DNA of 37,894 nt. Source: Longimicrobiales bacterium (GTDB taxonomy: Bacteria; Gemmatimonadota; Gemmatimonadetes; Longimicrobiales; Gaopeijiaceae). The notes below the pieces were generated by a model. The model did not search any database. It was not told the origin of the DNA and saw only the letters and a program-made list of their open reading frames with translations. The DNA is taken from the NCBI GenBank assembly GCA_965197725.1, contig CBDANQ010000008.1, positions 1 to 37,894 of the forward strand, in the 5' to 3' direction. This document shows positions 20,250 to 29,563 of this stretch, piece by piece (the stretch's first letter is position 1; every line of letters starts with the position of its first letter). A program made the position numbers and the translations under genes.

Positions 20250-21744
20250 CAGACCGTGGATCAAGTCCGGTCATCGCTGTTGTGTTAAATCAGGAGGACA
20301 CGAGGGTTTTTGCAGCGAGGACGGCGATGGCGGTAGGCAAGCGGCCCGAGGCTCGGCAGGGCGAGATGTTCGTGGTGGCGAGCGAGATTCGGGCCTTGGA
20401 CAACCCGTTCTACCGGGCCTTGAACGAGCTTCTGGCGAAAAGCGGGTTTGACGAGTTCGCGGAAGAGGCATGCCGTGAGTTCTACGCGGACAATCGGGGT
20501 CGGCCGGGGATTGCTCCCGGGGTGTATTTCCGAATGATGATGGTGGGCTACCTGGAAGGGATCGGCTCGGAGCGGGGCATTGCCTGGCGGTGTGGGGACT
20601 CGTTGTCGTTGCGTGAGTTTCTGGGATACGGGTGGGCGAAGAACCCGCCGGAGCATTCGACCCTGTCGAAGACGCGCAAGCGCCTGAGCGTGGAAGCGCA
20701 CGCGGCGGTGTTCGGGCGGGTGCTGGAGCTGCTGAAGGGGTCGGGGTTGCTGAGCGGCAAGACGCTGGGCGTCGACTCGACGACGCTGGAGGCGAATGCG
20801 GCGATGCGCACGATCGTGCGGCGCGACGACGGGTTGGGCTACGATGAATGGCTGGAGCAGGTGGCCCGGGCGTCGGGGATCGAGACGCCGACGCGCAAGG
20901 ATCTGACGACGCTGGACCGGAAGCGTCCGAAGAAGGGCTCGAACAAGGACTGGGTGCATCCGCACGACCCGGAGGCGCGGATCACGAAGATGAAGGACGG
21001 CAGGACGCGCCTGGCGCACAAGTTGGAGCAGGCGGTCGACATGGAGACCGGTGCGCTTGTGGCGGTGACGGTGCAGACGATGGACGGGGGAGATGTGGCG
21101 TCGCTGCCCAACACGCTGGACGAGGCAGAGCGGCAGCTGGAAGTAGTGCAGGTAGAGCCCGAGGAAGTGGTGGCCGACAAAGGCTACCACTCGAACAAGA
21201 CCATGACGGGCGTGAAGGAGCGGGAGCTGCGCAGCTATGTGAGCGAGCCCAACCGCGGGCGCCGGAAATGGAAGAACAACCGGGACGCGCAGACGCCGAC
21301 CTACGACAACCGCCGCCGGATCCGCGGCAACCGGGGGATGCGGCTGCTGCGCCAGCGCGGCGAGAAGGTGGAGCGGGGGTTTGCGCACTTGCTTGTGACC
21401 GGAGGGCTGCGTCGCGTCCACATACGGGGCCAGGAGGAGATTCGAAAACGGATGTTGATCCACGCGGCGGCCTTCAACCTCGGCCTTCTCATGCGCAAGC
21501 GGTTCGGGGTTGGAACCCCCCGTGCGTTACAGGGCCTCGCTACCGTACAAGCTGCGCTCGCAACTCAGGTTACAACCCGCGTCTCGCGCTTTTTCCGCCG
21601 TATTCGGCGCTATTTCGCCTTCCTTGGGCCGAATATCGCCTCGTCAGACCCCAAAACCCGCTTCTTGCACAACAACACAGCCCCCGCGTGTCTGCCTTCT
21701 CTCCCACCCATCATCCGCTGGGAACCTATTTCTTCCACGGACTG
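20250..21744 (+). mobile_element. Complete IS1182/IS5-like element with 4-bp TSD CTAC
   Basis: IRs CAGACCGTGGATCAA / CAGTCCGTGGAAGAA; CTAC at 20246-20249 and 21745-21748. Confidence 0.93.
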
Positions 21745-22003
21745 CTACGCCACCGACGAGGAAGACCCACTCCATCAGGGCCTGATTTCCGCCGGTCATC
21801 GACACGATCTGGGTCTCGAATTGCCATCCGAATTGGCTCATGATGACTTCCTTGCCGATCGAGTTGCGCTGATCGGCCACGTCGCCGGTGAACGTGGTGA
21901 AGCCGAAGCGGGGTCCCGAGAGGTGCTGACGGGGGAGCTGTTTCACCCTCATGGCCTCAGGGACGTCGGGCCGTTGTGCGTGGGCAGGCTGGAAGGACGC
22001 TAA
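20327..22003 (+). CDS. IS1182-family transposase that reads through past the IS end
   Basis: GRPG..P..YFRM, GI.SER, PEHSTLS, GVDSTTLEANA, VVADKGY, R..VER.FA; no stop inside the element. Confidence 0.9.
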   Translation: MAVGKRPEARQGEMFVVASEIRALDNPFYRALNELLAKSGFDEFAEEACREFYADNRGRPGIAPGVYFRMMMVGYLEGIGSERGIAWRCGDSLSLREFLGYGWAKNPPEHSTLSKTRKRLSVEAHAAVFGRVLELLKGSGLLSGKTLGVDSTTLEANAAMRTIVRRDDGLGYDEWLEQVARASGIETPTRKDLTTLDRKRPKKGSNKDWVHPHDPEARITKMKDGRTRLAHKLEQAVDMETGALVAVTVQTMDGGDVASLPNTLDEAERQLEVVQVEPEEVVADKGYHSNKTMTGVKERELRSYVSEPNRGRRKWKNNRDAQTPTYDNRRRIRGNRGMRLLRQRGEKVERGFAHLLVTGGLRRVHIRGQEEIRKRMLIHAAAFNLGLLMRKRFGVGTPRALQGLATVQAALATQVTTRVSRFFRRIRRYFAFLGPNIASSDPKTRFLHNNTAPACLPSLPPIIRWEPISSTDCYATDEEDPLHQGLISAGHRHDLGLELPSELAHDDFLADRVALIGHVAGERGEAEAGSREVLTGELFHPHGLRDVGPLCVGRLEGR

Positions 22004-22364
22004 CGTCAGAATGGCGGCGATTGCCGTGAGGACAGTCTTGCGGAACATGGTTCTCTCCGTGATGGGAGTGGGCGTGTTTGTGTCTTTGCGCCCTAACCAT
22101 GTCTGCGCCGGGATCCCGTCTCCGTACGTCGCCCTACGCAGCAGGGAAGTGTTGTTGCGTAGGCCCTACGTAGGCCGGCGAGTACCGCGTCGAGGACCTC
22201 GCGCTGGCCGGGTCGGAAGTCCTCGAAGACTCTCGATTTCGATGCGAGGCAACGTCGCCACGCACGTTCATTTCACCGCGGGTCCGGTCAGTGATGAAGA
22301 GGAAGCGCTTGGGAGAACGAGTTCCTCTCCGCGAAAAGGGCTAGCGCAACATCGCTGCGAGGAA

Positions 22365-22746
22365 CCCTTCGGCATCTGAAAGTGCGCCTCGTCTCCGGTC
22401 CTGAGTGTCCCGTCGGCCGTCATCGCGTCCGCGGTCGCGCCCTCGAGCGCGGTCCGTCCTTCCGCAACCGCGCCGTCGAAGATCGCGACCATGTCCGCCA
22501 TGTTCATGGGATCCGGCTGATCGAACCCAGCGGCGAGGTCCAGCTCGTCCGTCGCGAGCGTCAGGCCGATCCATCTGGGCGGGTTGGCGAAGGGCGCAGC
22601 GAGCGCGAGCAGCGCCCATGACTTCTCATGGGGCTGAAAGTCGAGCTTTTCGTCGGGGATCGCCGCGAACATGCGGCGCGTATTGGATGCCGAATAAATA
22701 CCGAACCTGGGACGCGCGCAGGGTCAGCCGACTGGGTCGTGGTCAT
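22365..22746 (-). pseudogene. DinB/YfiT-family protein, degenerate
   Basis: SNTRRMFAAIPDEKLDFQPHEKSW.L..LA...W...L..DELD; start out of frame and the C-terminal His-bearing helix is absent. Confidence 0.7.
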
Positions 22747-22816
22747 CGGATCTTGCAAAATTGGTTTCTACGTGACCGATTGCTCAGTCAGACGAGCAAT
22801 GCCTTGATGGGTGGAT

Positions 22817-23038
22817 ATGGAAATCACCGATGCGATGCGTGCCGAGGTCCTCAAGAGGGCAGGGCGCCGGTGCGAGTGCGTGAGTGGGCAGTGCCGCCAT
22901 CACCGCGAGGGAGCTCGGTGCCCGCGTGGATTGCGCCCGGAGGAGTGGAAGATCTACTACAGAACGGAATCGGCTGGGGCCGCGCTTTGGAATCTTGAAG
23001 CGTGGTGCCAGGAGTGCTTCGAGAACAACTACGGTTGA
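22817..23038 (+). CDS. Small Cys/His-rich Zn-binding protein, degenerate HNH-like
   Basis: R.EVLKRAGRRCEC....C.HH....C...NLEAWCQEC; SD-like sequence upstream; 7 nt before the next gene. Confidence 0.65.
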   Translation: MEITDAMRAEVLKRAGRRCECVSGQCRHHREGARCPRGLRPEEWKIYYRTESAGAALWNLEAWCQECFENNYG

Positions 23039-23045
23039 GGATCCG

Positions 23046-23483
23046 ATGAGCGAACCTGTGCAGAATTTCGAGAACCACGCCAAAACGGTGCCCGCGTACC
23101 ACGGTGCCGCCACCCTGATGCTGCTGGTGCCGACGCTGTGGTTCGCCTACCGCACCGTAACAGACTTCAACGTCGACGCGCTAATGTTCCTGGTCTTCTG
23201 CGGTGGCGTAGTCGTCACGGCATTGTTCGCGAGGATATTCCCGCTCGGTGTTCAAGATCGCGTGATCCGCCTCGAGGAGCAGATGCGGCTGAAACGGCTG
23301 CTTCCTGACGACCTGCAGAACCGCGTCGGCGACTTTACGACCAGTCAGCTCATCGGGTTGCGGTTCGCTCCGGATGAGGAGCTGCCCGACCTCGCGCGCC
23401 GGGTCCTCGACGAGGGCATTTCGGACCGGAAGCCGATCAAGCAATCCGTGAAGAACTGGCGCGCGGACAACCAGCGCATCTAG
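23046..23483 (+). CDS. DUF6526-like membrane protein
   Basis: QNFENH....PAYH, two TM helices, QDRVIRLEE..R, QLIGLRFA.D.EL, IK...KNWRAD..RI. Confidence 0.75.
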   Translation: MSEPVQNFENHAKTVPAYHGAATLMLLVPTLWFAYRTVTDFNVDALMFLVFCGGVVVTALFARIFPLGVQDRVIRLEEQMRLKRLLPDDLQNRVGDFTTSQLIGLRFAPDEELPDLARRVLDEGISDRKPIKQSVKNWRADNQRI

Positions 23484-23565
23484 TCCGATACGACCAGGCC
23501 CGGCAGGAACCGTTCAGACTGGCCTGGGCGGCTCGGTCCGTGTGTGGTCACGCGTCCGCCAGCGT

Positions 23566-23829
23566 TTACTCGGCGATCCAGACGTCTGGAGGTGCCAACA
23601 CACCGGCGTCCTGCATCTTCTGCTTCAGACCCTCGTCGGCTAGCATGGCCTCGACCCCGTCGACGTTGTCCGTGCTCCACACGAGCAGCACCGAGTTCGG
23701 ATCCGACGCGTCCTGGAAGATTCCTATGTCGGTGAGCCCCGCATCGTCACGGCGGTGAACGTCCTCATCGTAGTGCGGCCGCCAAGTATCGAAGTCGGCC
23801 ACGGGGTGACGGATGAATACGGTGGCCAT
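23566..23829 (-). CDS. Small dimeric alpha/beta-barrel ('cyclase'/ABM-like) protein
   Basis: FIRHPVADFDTWRP.YD....R..AG......D..DPN.V...LKQKMQDAGV..PP; AAGGAGG SD. Confidence 0.75.
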   Translation of the reverse strand: MATVFIRHPVADFDTWRPHYDEDVHRRDDAGLTDIGIFQDASDPNSVLLVWSTDNVDGVEAMLADEGLKQKMQDAGVLAPPDVWIAE

Positions 23830-23908
23830 GCCGGGGTCCTCCTTGAGCGGGTTGCTGAGAAGATCGAAGGAATATGCATTCGCACCGTGATGCGCTAGAG
23901 CGCGGGTC

Positions 23909-25039
23909 ATGTCCATCGACGTGTCAGAGCGGCTGCGCGCCGCCCAAGCCGCCGACGAAGTGCCGGCGATCGTAGCGCACCACCGTATTGACGGACCGGG
24001 TGCCACGCTGGACATGCGCGAGTTCCAGCAGGCGCTCTGGTCCGCGCCCGATTGGCCAGAGGATCCCTACGCGGACGAGAGCGCGGCGTGGACCAGGAGA
24101 CTTCCTCGGACCGTCTGTCTCACTATCGACACGGGGACTCGCGTAGTCGCTCGACCCTTCGATCCGGGCCGCCTCTGCGTCCGGTCCGCCGAGTACCGGA
24201 CCGAGACCGCCGGCGACGCTGGACTGATTGCGGCCCACAAGGACAACTGGCTTCTGAAGGCGCTCGACGCCTTCGGCCTGAGCGGTGCCGCCTTCGAACT
24301 GGAGAGCCTGAGGCCGGGGCTGCTTTCAGCGGGCTTGGGCGGGTCGGCGACCGCTATGACCGCGGTTTGTCTGCTCGCGAACCGACTCGCAGGCGACCCC
24401 ATGGACGGGTATCAGGTCGTCGCTCTCGCGGCGCGTCTCGAGAACGACCTGGGCAATTCCCTCACGGGCACTCAAGAACAGTCCAACGTCGTCTGGGGTG
24501 GCGTGCGCGACTACGTCTGGTTGCCGTGGGGCATGCCCGGCGAGCCGCGGCAGGGACTCGGAACCTCTCTGCAGTACGAGCTCTTGGGCCCCGACGCCTA
24601 CGAAGACGCCCGTGCGCACCTGATGATCGTGCACACCGGCAAGACTCGCTTCAGTGCGACGGTGAACCAGGAGTGGGCGGACACGCTCCGACGCGAGGAT
24701 GCGTTCCCCGCGCTGACGCGCCTGCCCGCCTGGACGTACGAATACCGTGAGGGGCTGCGCACCACCGATTGGGTGCGGGTTTGCGAGAGCCTACGCGGTT
24801 TTCGGGAGGTCCGAGAGCGGTTCGTCCCGGCGTACATGGCGGGGGCCCACGCGCTCGCCGAATTCGTGCGGCTGGCGGGCGGCGAGGTTTTTCCGCTGGG
24901 TGCGGGGGGTGGAGGGAGCTGCCTCGTCGTTGCCGCCGATCCCGCGGTTCTCTCGGCTGTTCGTGACGGTCTGCCTGCGGGCCTCCGCAAGCTCGAGTTC
25001 GATTTGCTCGAGCGTGGCCACCGGTTCGAGCACTGTTGA
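23909..25039 (+). CDS. GHMP-family kinase (HddA/sugar-kinase-like)
   Basis: RID..G.TLD, SAGLGGSA ATP loop, TGTQE, TG..R.S, LGAGGGG. Confidence 0.8.
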   Translation: MSIDVSERLRAAQAADEVPAIVAHHRIDGPGATLDMREFQQALWSAPDWPEDPYADESAAWTRRLPRTVCLTIDTGTRVVARPFDPGRLCVRSAEYRTETAGDAGLIAAHKDNWLLKALDAFGLSGAAFELESLRPGLLSAGLGGSATAMTAVCLLANRLAGDPMDGYQVVALAARLENDLGNSLTGTQEQSNVVWGGVRDYVWLPWGMPGEPRQGLGTSLQYELLGPDAYEDARAHLMIVHTGKTRFSATVNQEWADTLRREDAFPALTRLPAWTYEYREGLRTTDWVRVCESLRGFREVRERFVPAYMAGAHALAEFVRLAGGEVFPLGAGGGGSCLVVAADPAVLSAVRDGLPAGLRKLEFDLLERGHRFEHC

Positions 25040-25049
25040 GGGCGTGGTG

Positions 25050-25814
25050 ATGGCGACGTGCTACCCGGTGCTGGTGCACGGCTTCACGGGGTCGTCCCAC
25101 TCCTGGGGCGAGCACCTGGTGGACGGGCTCGCGTCGGTGGGTTGTCCACCGGTCTTGCTCGATCTGCCAGGTCATGGTCGCAACGTCGCGGCTCAGCATC
25201 CGAGGCACTTCTCACTCCACTCCGCGCTGTCCGCGGTGGAGGACTCGGGACATTGGCCGGCAGGACTCGTCGGCTACTCGATGGGAGGGCGGCTCGCGTT
25301 GCACTTCGCGGCCCAGCGCCCTGACGCGGTGCGGCGCCTCGTGCTCGAGTCCGCGTCGCCGGGGCTCGAGACCCAGGCGGAGCGTCGCCTGCGCCGAGAG
25401 GCGGACGACGATCTCGCGCGCATCATCGAGCTCGACGGCGTCGAGGCGTTCATCGATCGTTGGGAACGCTTGCCGCTCTTCGAGACACAGAGTGGCGCGG
25501 ACGAGACGGTGCGCTCGCGCCTGCGTGCGAGACGGCTCGAAAACTCGGTGGATGGCCTCGCGGGCGAGCTCCGCGGCTTGGGCACCGGTGCGCTTCCTTC
25601 ACTGTGGGACGCTCTGCCCGGCATCCATGTGCCAACCCTGGTCCTCGTCGGTGCGCTCGACGAGAAGTTCGTGTCGACGGGCGAGCGCATGGCCGCGGCA
25701 CTTCCAGACGCGCGACTGGTGGTGGTCCCGGGCGCGGGGCACGCCGTACATGTCGAGCGACCGGACGCCTGGCTCGAGGCGGTCACGGGCTTCCTGGTCG
25801 CTCCCCGTTCATGA
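25050..25814 (+). CDS. menH: 2-succinyl-6-hydroxy-2,4-cyclohexadiene-1-carboxylate synthase (alpha/beta hydrolase)
   Basis: VHGFTGS, DLPGHG, GYSMGGRLAL, LESASPGL, R...D, W...PLF..Q, GALDEKF, AGHAVH.E.P. Confidence 0.85.
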   Translation: MATCYPVLVHGFTGSSHSWGEHLVDGLASVGCPPVLLDLPGHGRNVAAQHPRHFSLHSALSAVEDSGHWPAGLVGYSMGGRLALHFAAQRPDAVRRLVLESASPGLETQAERRLRREADDDLARIIELDGVEAFIDRWERLPLFETQSGADETVRSRLRARRLENSVDGLAGELRGLGTGALPSLWDALPGIHVPTLVLVGALDEKFVSTGERMAAALPDARLVVVPGAGHAVHVERPDAWLEAVTGFLVAPRS

Positions 25815-27556
25815 CGACAGCTCCTCCAGCTCCCGTGCACGCGCCCGTCTCGGAGCGCGACCGTACGGTCATCTATCTGTCGATTCTCCTGGCGCTATTC
25901 CTGGCTGCGCTCGATCAGACCATCGTAGCGACCGCGCTACCGCGTATGGTCGAGGATCTGGAGGGTGTAGAGCGGTACGCGTGGGTCGCGACAGCGTACC
26001 TGCTCATGTCGACCGCCCTCGCGCTGGTCTACGGCAAGCTCGCCGACACGTACCCGCGCAAGTTCGTCACACTCGGCGCGGTCGGCCTTTTCCTCGGCGG
26101 TTCCGTGTTGTGCGGTCTCGCCGGCGAGTTCGGGGACCTACCGCTGCTCGGCAACGCGATGAGCCAGCTCGTCATCTTCCGGGGGATCCAAGGCGCAGGC
26201 GGTGGCGGCCTCTTCGCTATGACGTTCATCGTGATCGCCGACCTGTTCACCCCAGCCGAGCGCGGCAAGTACCAAGGCTTCGTCGGTGCGGTGTTCGGCG
26301 TCGCGTCTGTGCTCGGACCTCTGATCGGCGGGTTGCTCACCGACCACGCGGGTGGCTGGATAACGGGCATCGAGGGATGGCGCTGGGTCTTCTACGTGAA
26401 CGTGCCCCTCGGAGGCGTCGCCGTATGGTTCATTATCAGGCGCATGCCCAGACTCGACCCGCCGGTGCCACAGGCACGTCCCGACCTGCTCGGGGCAGCG
26501 CTGCTCGTGGGTGGACTCATTCCGCTCACCCTGTCGCTACAGGTCGACAAGCGCCGCTACCCTTGGCTTCCGGGAGTGAGCCCCGGTGCCGATGCGACGG
26601 CTTTCGCGTCGTGGGTCACAACAGCGCTGTTCGTCGGAGGCTGCGTTCTGCTCGCGCTTTTCATCATGCGCTCGCGGACTTCGGCAGGGCCCATTCTCGA
26701 CCTGCGTCTTTTCCGGGACCCCGTCTTTCGCCGTGTGAATGCGTCGACCTTCTTCATGGGCGCATCGTTCATCTCCGTGACGATCTTCCTTCCGCTGTTT
26801 CTCGTGAACGTGCTGGGTGTCTCCGCCACGCGGGCCGGTGCGGCGCTGATCCCGTTCTCGCTGGGGCTGGTCTTCGGCGCGACGCTTGCTGGTCAGATCG
26901 TCGCCAAGGTTGGGTACCGGAAACAGATCGTGCTCGGCGCCGTCCTGTTCTTCGTGGCAGCTCTTCTGCTCGCGGGCATGGAATCCGACATCGCGTACTG
27001 GCAGATTACTCTGTACATGGTGATGTGCGGGGTAGGTGTGGGGCCGGGCATGCCTCTCTTCACGCTCGCGATCCAAAACGCCGCCGCCGTCCGGCTCATC
27101 GGGCAGGCGACGAGCGCGTCTCAGTTTTTCCGGCAGATGGGAGCGACTGTGGGTGCTGCGCTCATGGGAACGGTACTCGGGGTGACGCTCGCCTCCTCGT
27201 TCGCCGAGATCGGAGTCGAGGTCGGGCCACTGACGAACGGGGCGGTCGTGGTTGAGGAGCACGTCTCCACGGGAGGCGCGGAGCTGCCCGCAGTCATTCT
27301 CACAAGCTTCGAGGAGAGGGCTGGTCGATCGGAGTCCGAGCAACAAGCCCGCGCCATCCGCGCAGAGGGAGATCTCGTTGCGGTCCGAGTCGGGGCGTCT
27401 GTTCGTGACGCCTTCCGCGACGCGACTCAGCGCATCTATTGGTTGACCGCGATCATGATCGCTATCGGTGGAGGACTGGCCATGAGGATCCCCGAGCTCC
27501 CGCTTCGCACCACGCACGATCGCGCCGCTGCAACCGCCAACTCGGGGCTGACATGA
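25811..27556 (+). CDS. MFS DHA2 (EmrB/QacA) efflux transporter
   Basis: LAALDQTIVATALP, WV.TAYLL, YGKLAD, FRGIQG.GGG, ERGKYQG, GPLIGG, WRWVFYVNVP. Confidence 0.93.
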   Translation: MTTAPPAPVHAPVSERDRTVIYLSILLALFLAALDQTIVATALPRMVEDLEGVERYAWVATAYLLMSTALALVYGKLADTYPRKFVTLGAVGLFLGGSVLCGLAGEFGDLPLLGNAMSQLVIFRGIQGAGGGGLFAMTFIVIADLFTPAERGKYQGFVGAVFGVASVLGPLIGGLLTDHAGGWITGIEGWRWVFYVNVPLGGVAVWFIIRRMPRLDPPVPQARPDLLGAALLVGGLIPLTLSLQVDKRRYPWLPGVSPGADATAFASWVTTALFVGGCVLLALFIMRSRTSAGPILDLRLFRDPVFRRVNASTFFMGASFISVTIFLPLFLVNVLGVSATRAGAALIPFSLGLVFGATLAGQIVAKVGYRKQIVLGAVLFFVAALLLAGMESDIAYWQITLYMVMCGVGVGPGMPLFTLAIQNAAAVRLIGQATSASQFFRQMGATVGAALMGTVLGVTLASSFAEIGVEVGPLTNGAVVVEEHVSTGGAELPAVILTSFEERAGRSESEQQARAIRAEGDLVAVRVGASVRDAFRDATQRIYWLTAIMIAIGGGLAMRIPELPLRTTHDRAAATANSGLT

Positions 27557-27927
27557 TCAAGAAGCTGTTGCTTTTCGTCTTTTTTGTTTTCGCGGTTGCT
27601 ATGGCTGTGCCGAGCTCGCGCGCCAAGCTGCAGCAAGAGGTTTTCCAGCCGATCATCGACAATATCAACGGGCGTCTGGTTCCAGCTCGTCTGAACGCCA
27701 TGGCCGACCAACTCGATGTGCGATTGCGCCGGGCCGAGGGTTTCCCCGGCAATTGGGAGGCCTGGTTGCGGCGTGACTATACCGGTACGCCCCAAGATCC
27801 TTGGGGCAACCTCTACTACCTCGGGGTCGGACGGCGCGACTATACAGTCGGCTCGGCGGCGGCCGACGGCGAGCCGGGCACCGAGGACGACATCACCGTC
27901 ACGCGCCCGCTGCCTGGGGGGCGCTGA
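27553..27927 (+). CDS. GspG C-terminal (T2SSG) domain protein
   Basis: N-terminal hydrophobic segment plus DPWGN.Y...S.A.DG..GTEDDI; no prepilin G|FTLIE motif. Confidence 0.7.
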   Translation: MIKKLLLFVFFVFAVAMAVPSSRAKLQQEVFQPIIDNINGRLVPARLNAMADQLDVRLRRAEGFPGNWEAWLRRDYTGTPQDPWGNLYYLGVGRRDYTVGSAAADGEPGTEDDITVTRPLPGGR

Positions 27928-28000
27928 GGGCTCGATGACGCAGGCGTGCGCCCGGATCCGGGCCAGCCGTTGACCGTACCCAAACCATCAGGGGGATGAG

Positions 28001-28481
28001 GTGAGCGAAGAGGGTGGCACTAATGAGCTCGCCGCTATTCGGCTGCACAGGCGGCGGCAGCCCCGGCGCTGGCTGGCCGCGCGCGGCAGGCGAGGACCGT
28101 TGTTGCTGGCGGCGCTCGTGTTCACGGGCTGCGATGTAAAGCCGGCGAGCAGCGCTCCGATTCGTCCCCAGCAGGCGCTCTCGGACGCGGACTTCGCAGC
28201 CCTCATTGAGCGGATCTCGGAGCCCGGCGGCTTCTTCGACACCGACAACCTCATCTCCAACGAGTCTGGGTACCTCAAGGTGATTGACGCGCTCGCTGGC
28301 GGACGATGCGGTGATCATCCGGAGCTATTTCCCGAACGCCGGAGGCCGGCATCCCTCGATGGTGCCCGGCTACTACAGCACGCAGACGCTACAGCCGGCC
28401 GCAACCTTTCTCGGGGGAGGCTTCACCAGTTACTGGGACGCTGTCACCCGGGGGGTGCTCGAGCTGAAAGTCGCAGGATAG
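28001..28481 (+). pseudogene. Hypothetical lipoprotein, probably internally deleted
   Basis: Lipobox LVFTGC and SEPGGFFDTDNLISNE are joined out of frame near 28295 to a C-terminal piece LADDAVIIRSYF...SYWDAV. Confidence 0.55.
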
Positions 28482-28504
28482 TCAGCCTCCGGTGAGAGCG
28501 AGGT

Positions 28505-29404
28505 ATGCCCGAACTTCCCGAGATCAACGCGTACATGGAAGGACTGGAGCGCGTGATCCTCGGTGAGCCGCTGGAGAGGATCCGCGTACGCTCCCCGTCG
28601 CTTCTGCGCACGTGGGATCCGCCCTTGTCGGCTGCGCAGGGCATGCGGGTCACTGGTCTGCGCCGCATCGGGAAGCGTGTCGTCTGGCAGATGGAAAACG
28701 AGCTTTTCCTGGTCTTCCACCTGATGATCACCGGTCGCTTCAAGTGGGCCAAGCCTGGAGCATCGGTGCCCAAGAAGCGAGCTCACGGGGCTTTCGATTT
28801 CCCGAAGGGCACAGTGCTGCTCACGGAGCAGGCGACAAAGAAGCGTGCGTCGCTACACGTAGTAACCGGCGAGGATGCTCTTGCCGAGCTCGACCCGGGA
28901 GGAATCGAGGCGCTCCAGGTGTCGTTGCCCGCCTTCCACGAGGCGCTGATGCGTGAGAACCGGACGCTCAAGCGTGCGCTCACCGATCCACGCGTCTTCA
29001 GCGGCATCGGCAACGCGCACTCGGACGAGATTCTGCTCTTCGCGAAGCTCTCGCCGCTCCAGCTGTCGAGGAACCTCTCCGACGCGGAAGTGAAGCGGCT
29101 CTATGAGGTCACGCGCAGCTCGCTCACCGAGTGGACCGAGCGCCTGCGGGTCGAGTTCGCAGACGATTTCCCAAAGAAGATCACCGCGTTCCACCCCGCG
29201 ATGGCGGCGCACGGCAAGTACGGCGAACCGTGCCCGGTGTGCGGGTCGCTGATCCAGCGCATCAAGTACGCCGATCGCGAGACGAACTATTGCGCGACGT
29301 GCCAAACCGGAGGGAAAGTGCTCGCCGACAGGGGCATGTCGCGCCTGCTGGGGGACGATTGGCCTCGGACGTTGGAAGAGCTGGAGGAGCTGAAGCGGCC
29401 GTAG
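28505..29404 (+). CDS. Fpg/Nei-family DNA glycosylase/AP lyase
   Basis: MPELPE, RIGK, HLMITG, LTD...SGIGNA.SDEIL, C-terminal CPVC...YCATCQ Zn finger. Confidence 0.93.
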   Translation: MPELPEINAYMEGLERVILGEPLERIRVRSPSLLRTWDPPLSAAQGMRVTGLRRIGKRVVWQMENELFLVFHLMITGRFKWAKPGASVPKKRAHGAFDFPKGTVLLTEQATKKRASLHVVTGEDALAELDPGGIEALQVSLPAFHEALMRENRTLKRALTDPRVFSGIGNAHSDEILLFAKLSPLQLSRNLSDAEVKRLYEVTRSSLTEWTERLRVEFADDFPKKITAFHPAMAAHGKYGEPCPVCGSLIQRIKYADRETNYCATCQTGGKVLADRGMSRLLGDDWPRTLEELEELKRP

Positions 29405-29470
29405 GGGGCCGTCCGACACGTCAGCGCTCGAGGGAGTCCCTTGCGCGGGACATGCGTGGGACTCGAGGCT

Positions 29471-29543
29471 TTGACCAATCTCTATGGGCGATATATCGTA
29501 CGATACACTGTGCAATCTATTGTACTAAGGATCGAACGATACA
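29471..29543 (+). promoter_or_regulatory. sigma70-type promoter overlapped by palindromic operator candidates
   Basis: TTGACC (29471)-N17-TATCGT (29494); palindromes CGATATATCG (29489-29498) and TATCGTACGATA (29494-29505); repeat ATCGWACGATACA at 29495 and 29531. Confidence 0.7.
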
Positions 29544-29563
29544 ACGTTGATAGGAGTAGGGGA

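Larger units (their letters stand above)
20001..22048 (-). pseudogene. Secreted or outer-membrane beta-strand protein (182 aa when rejoined) split by IS1182
   Basis: Removing the IS and one CTAC restores ...FLVGGV-EQDELNL... in frame; signal peptide ends AHA. Confidence 0.85.

Noticed and set aside
22680..22710. VFIRHP peptide shared with the start of the 23566-23829 protein, suggesting duplication
   Set aside because: It lies in an alternative frame of the DinB N-terminus (PRFGIYSASNTRR) and the DNA match is poor; probably chance.
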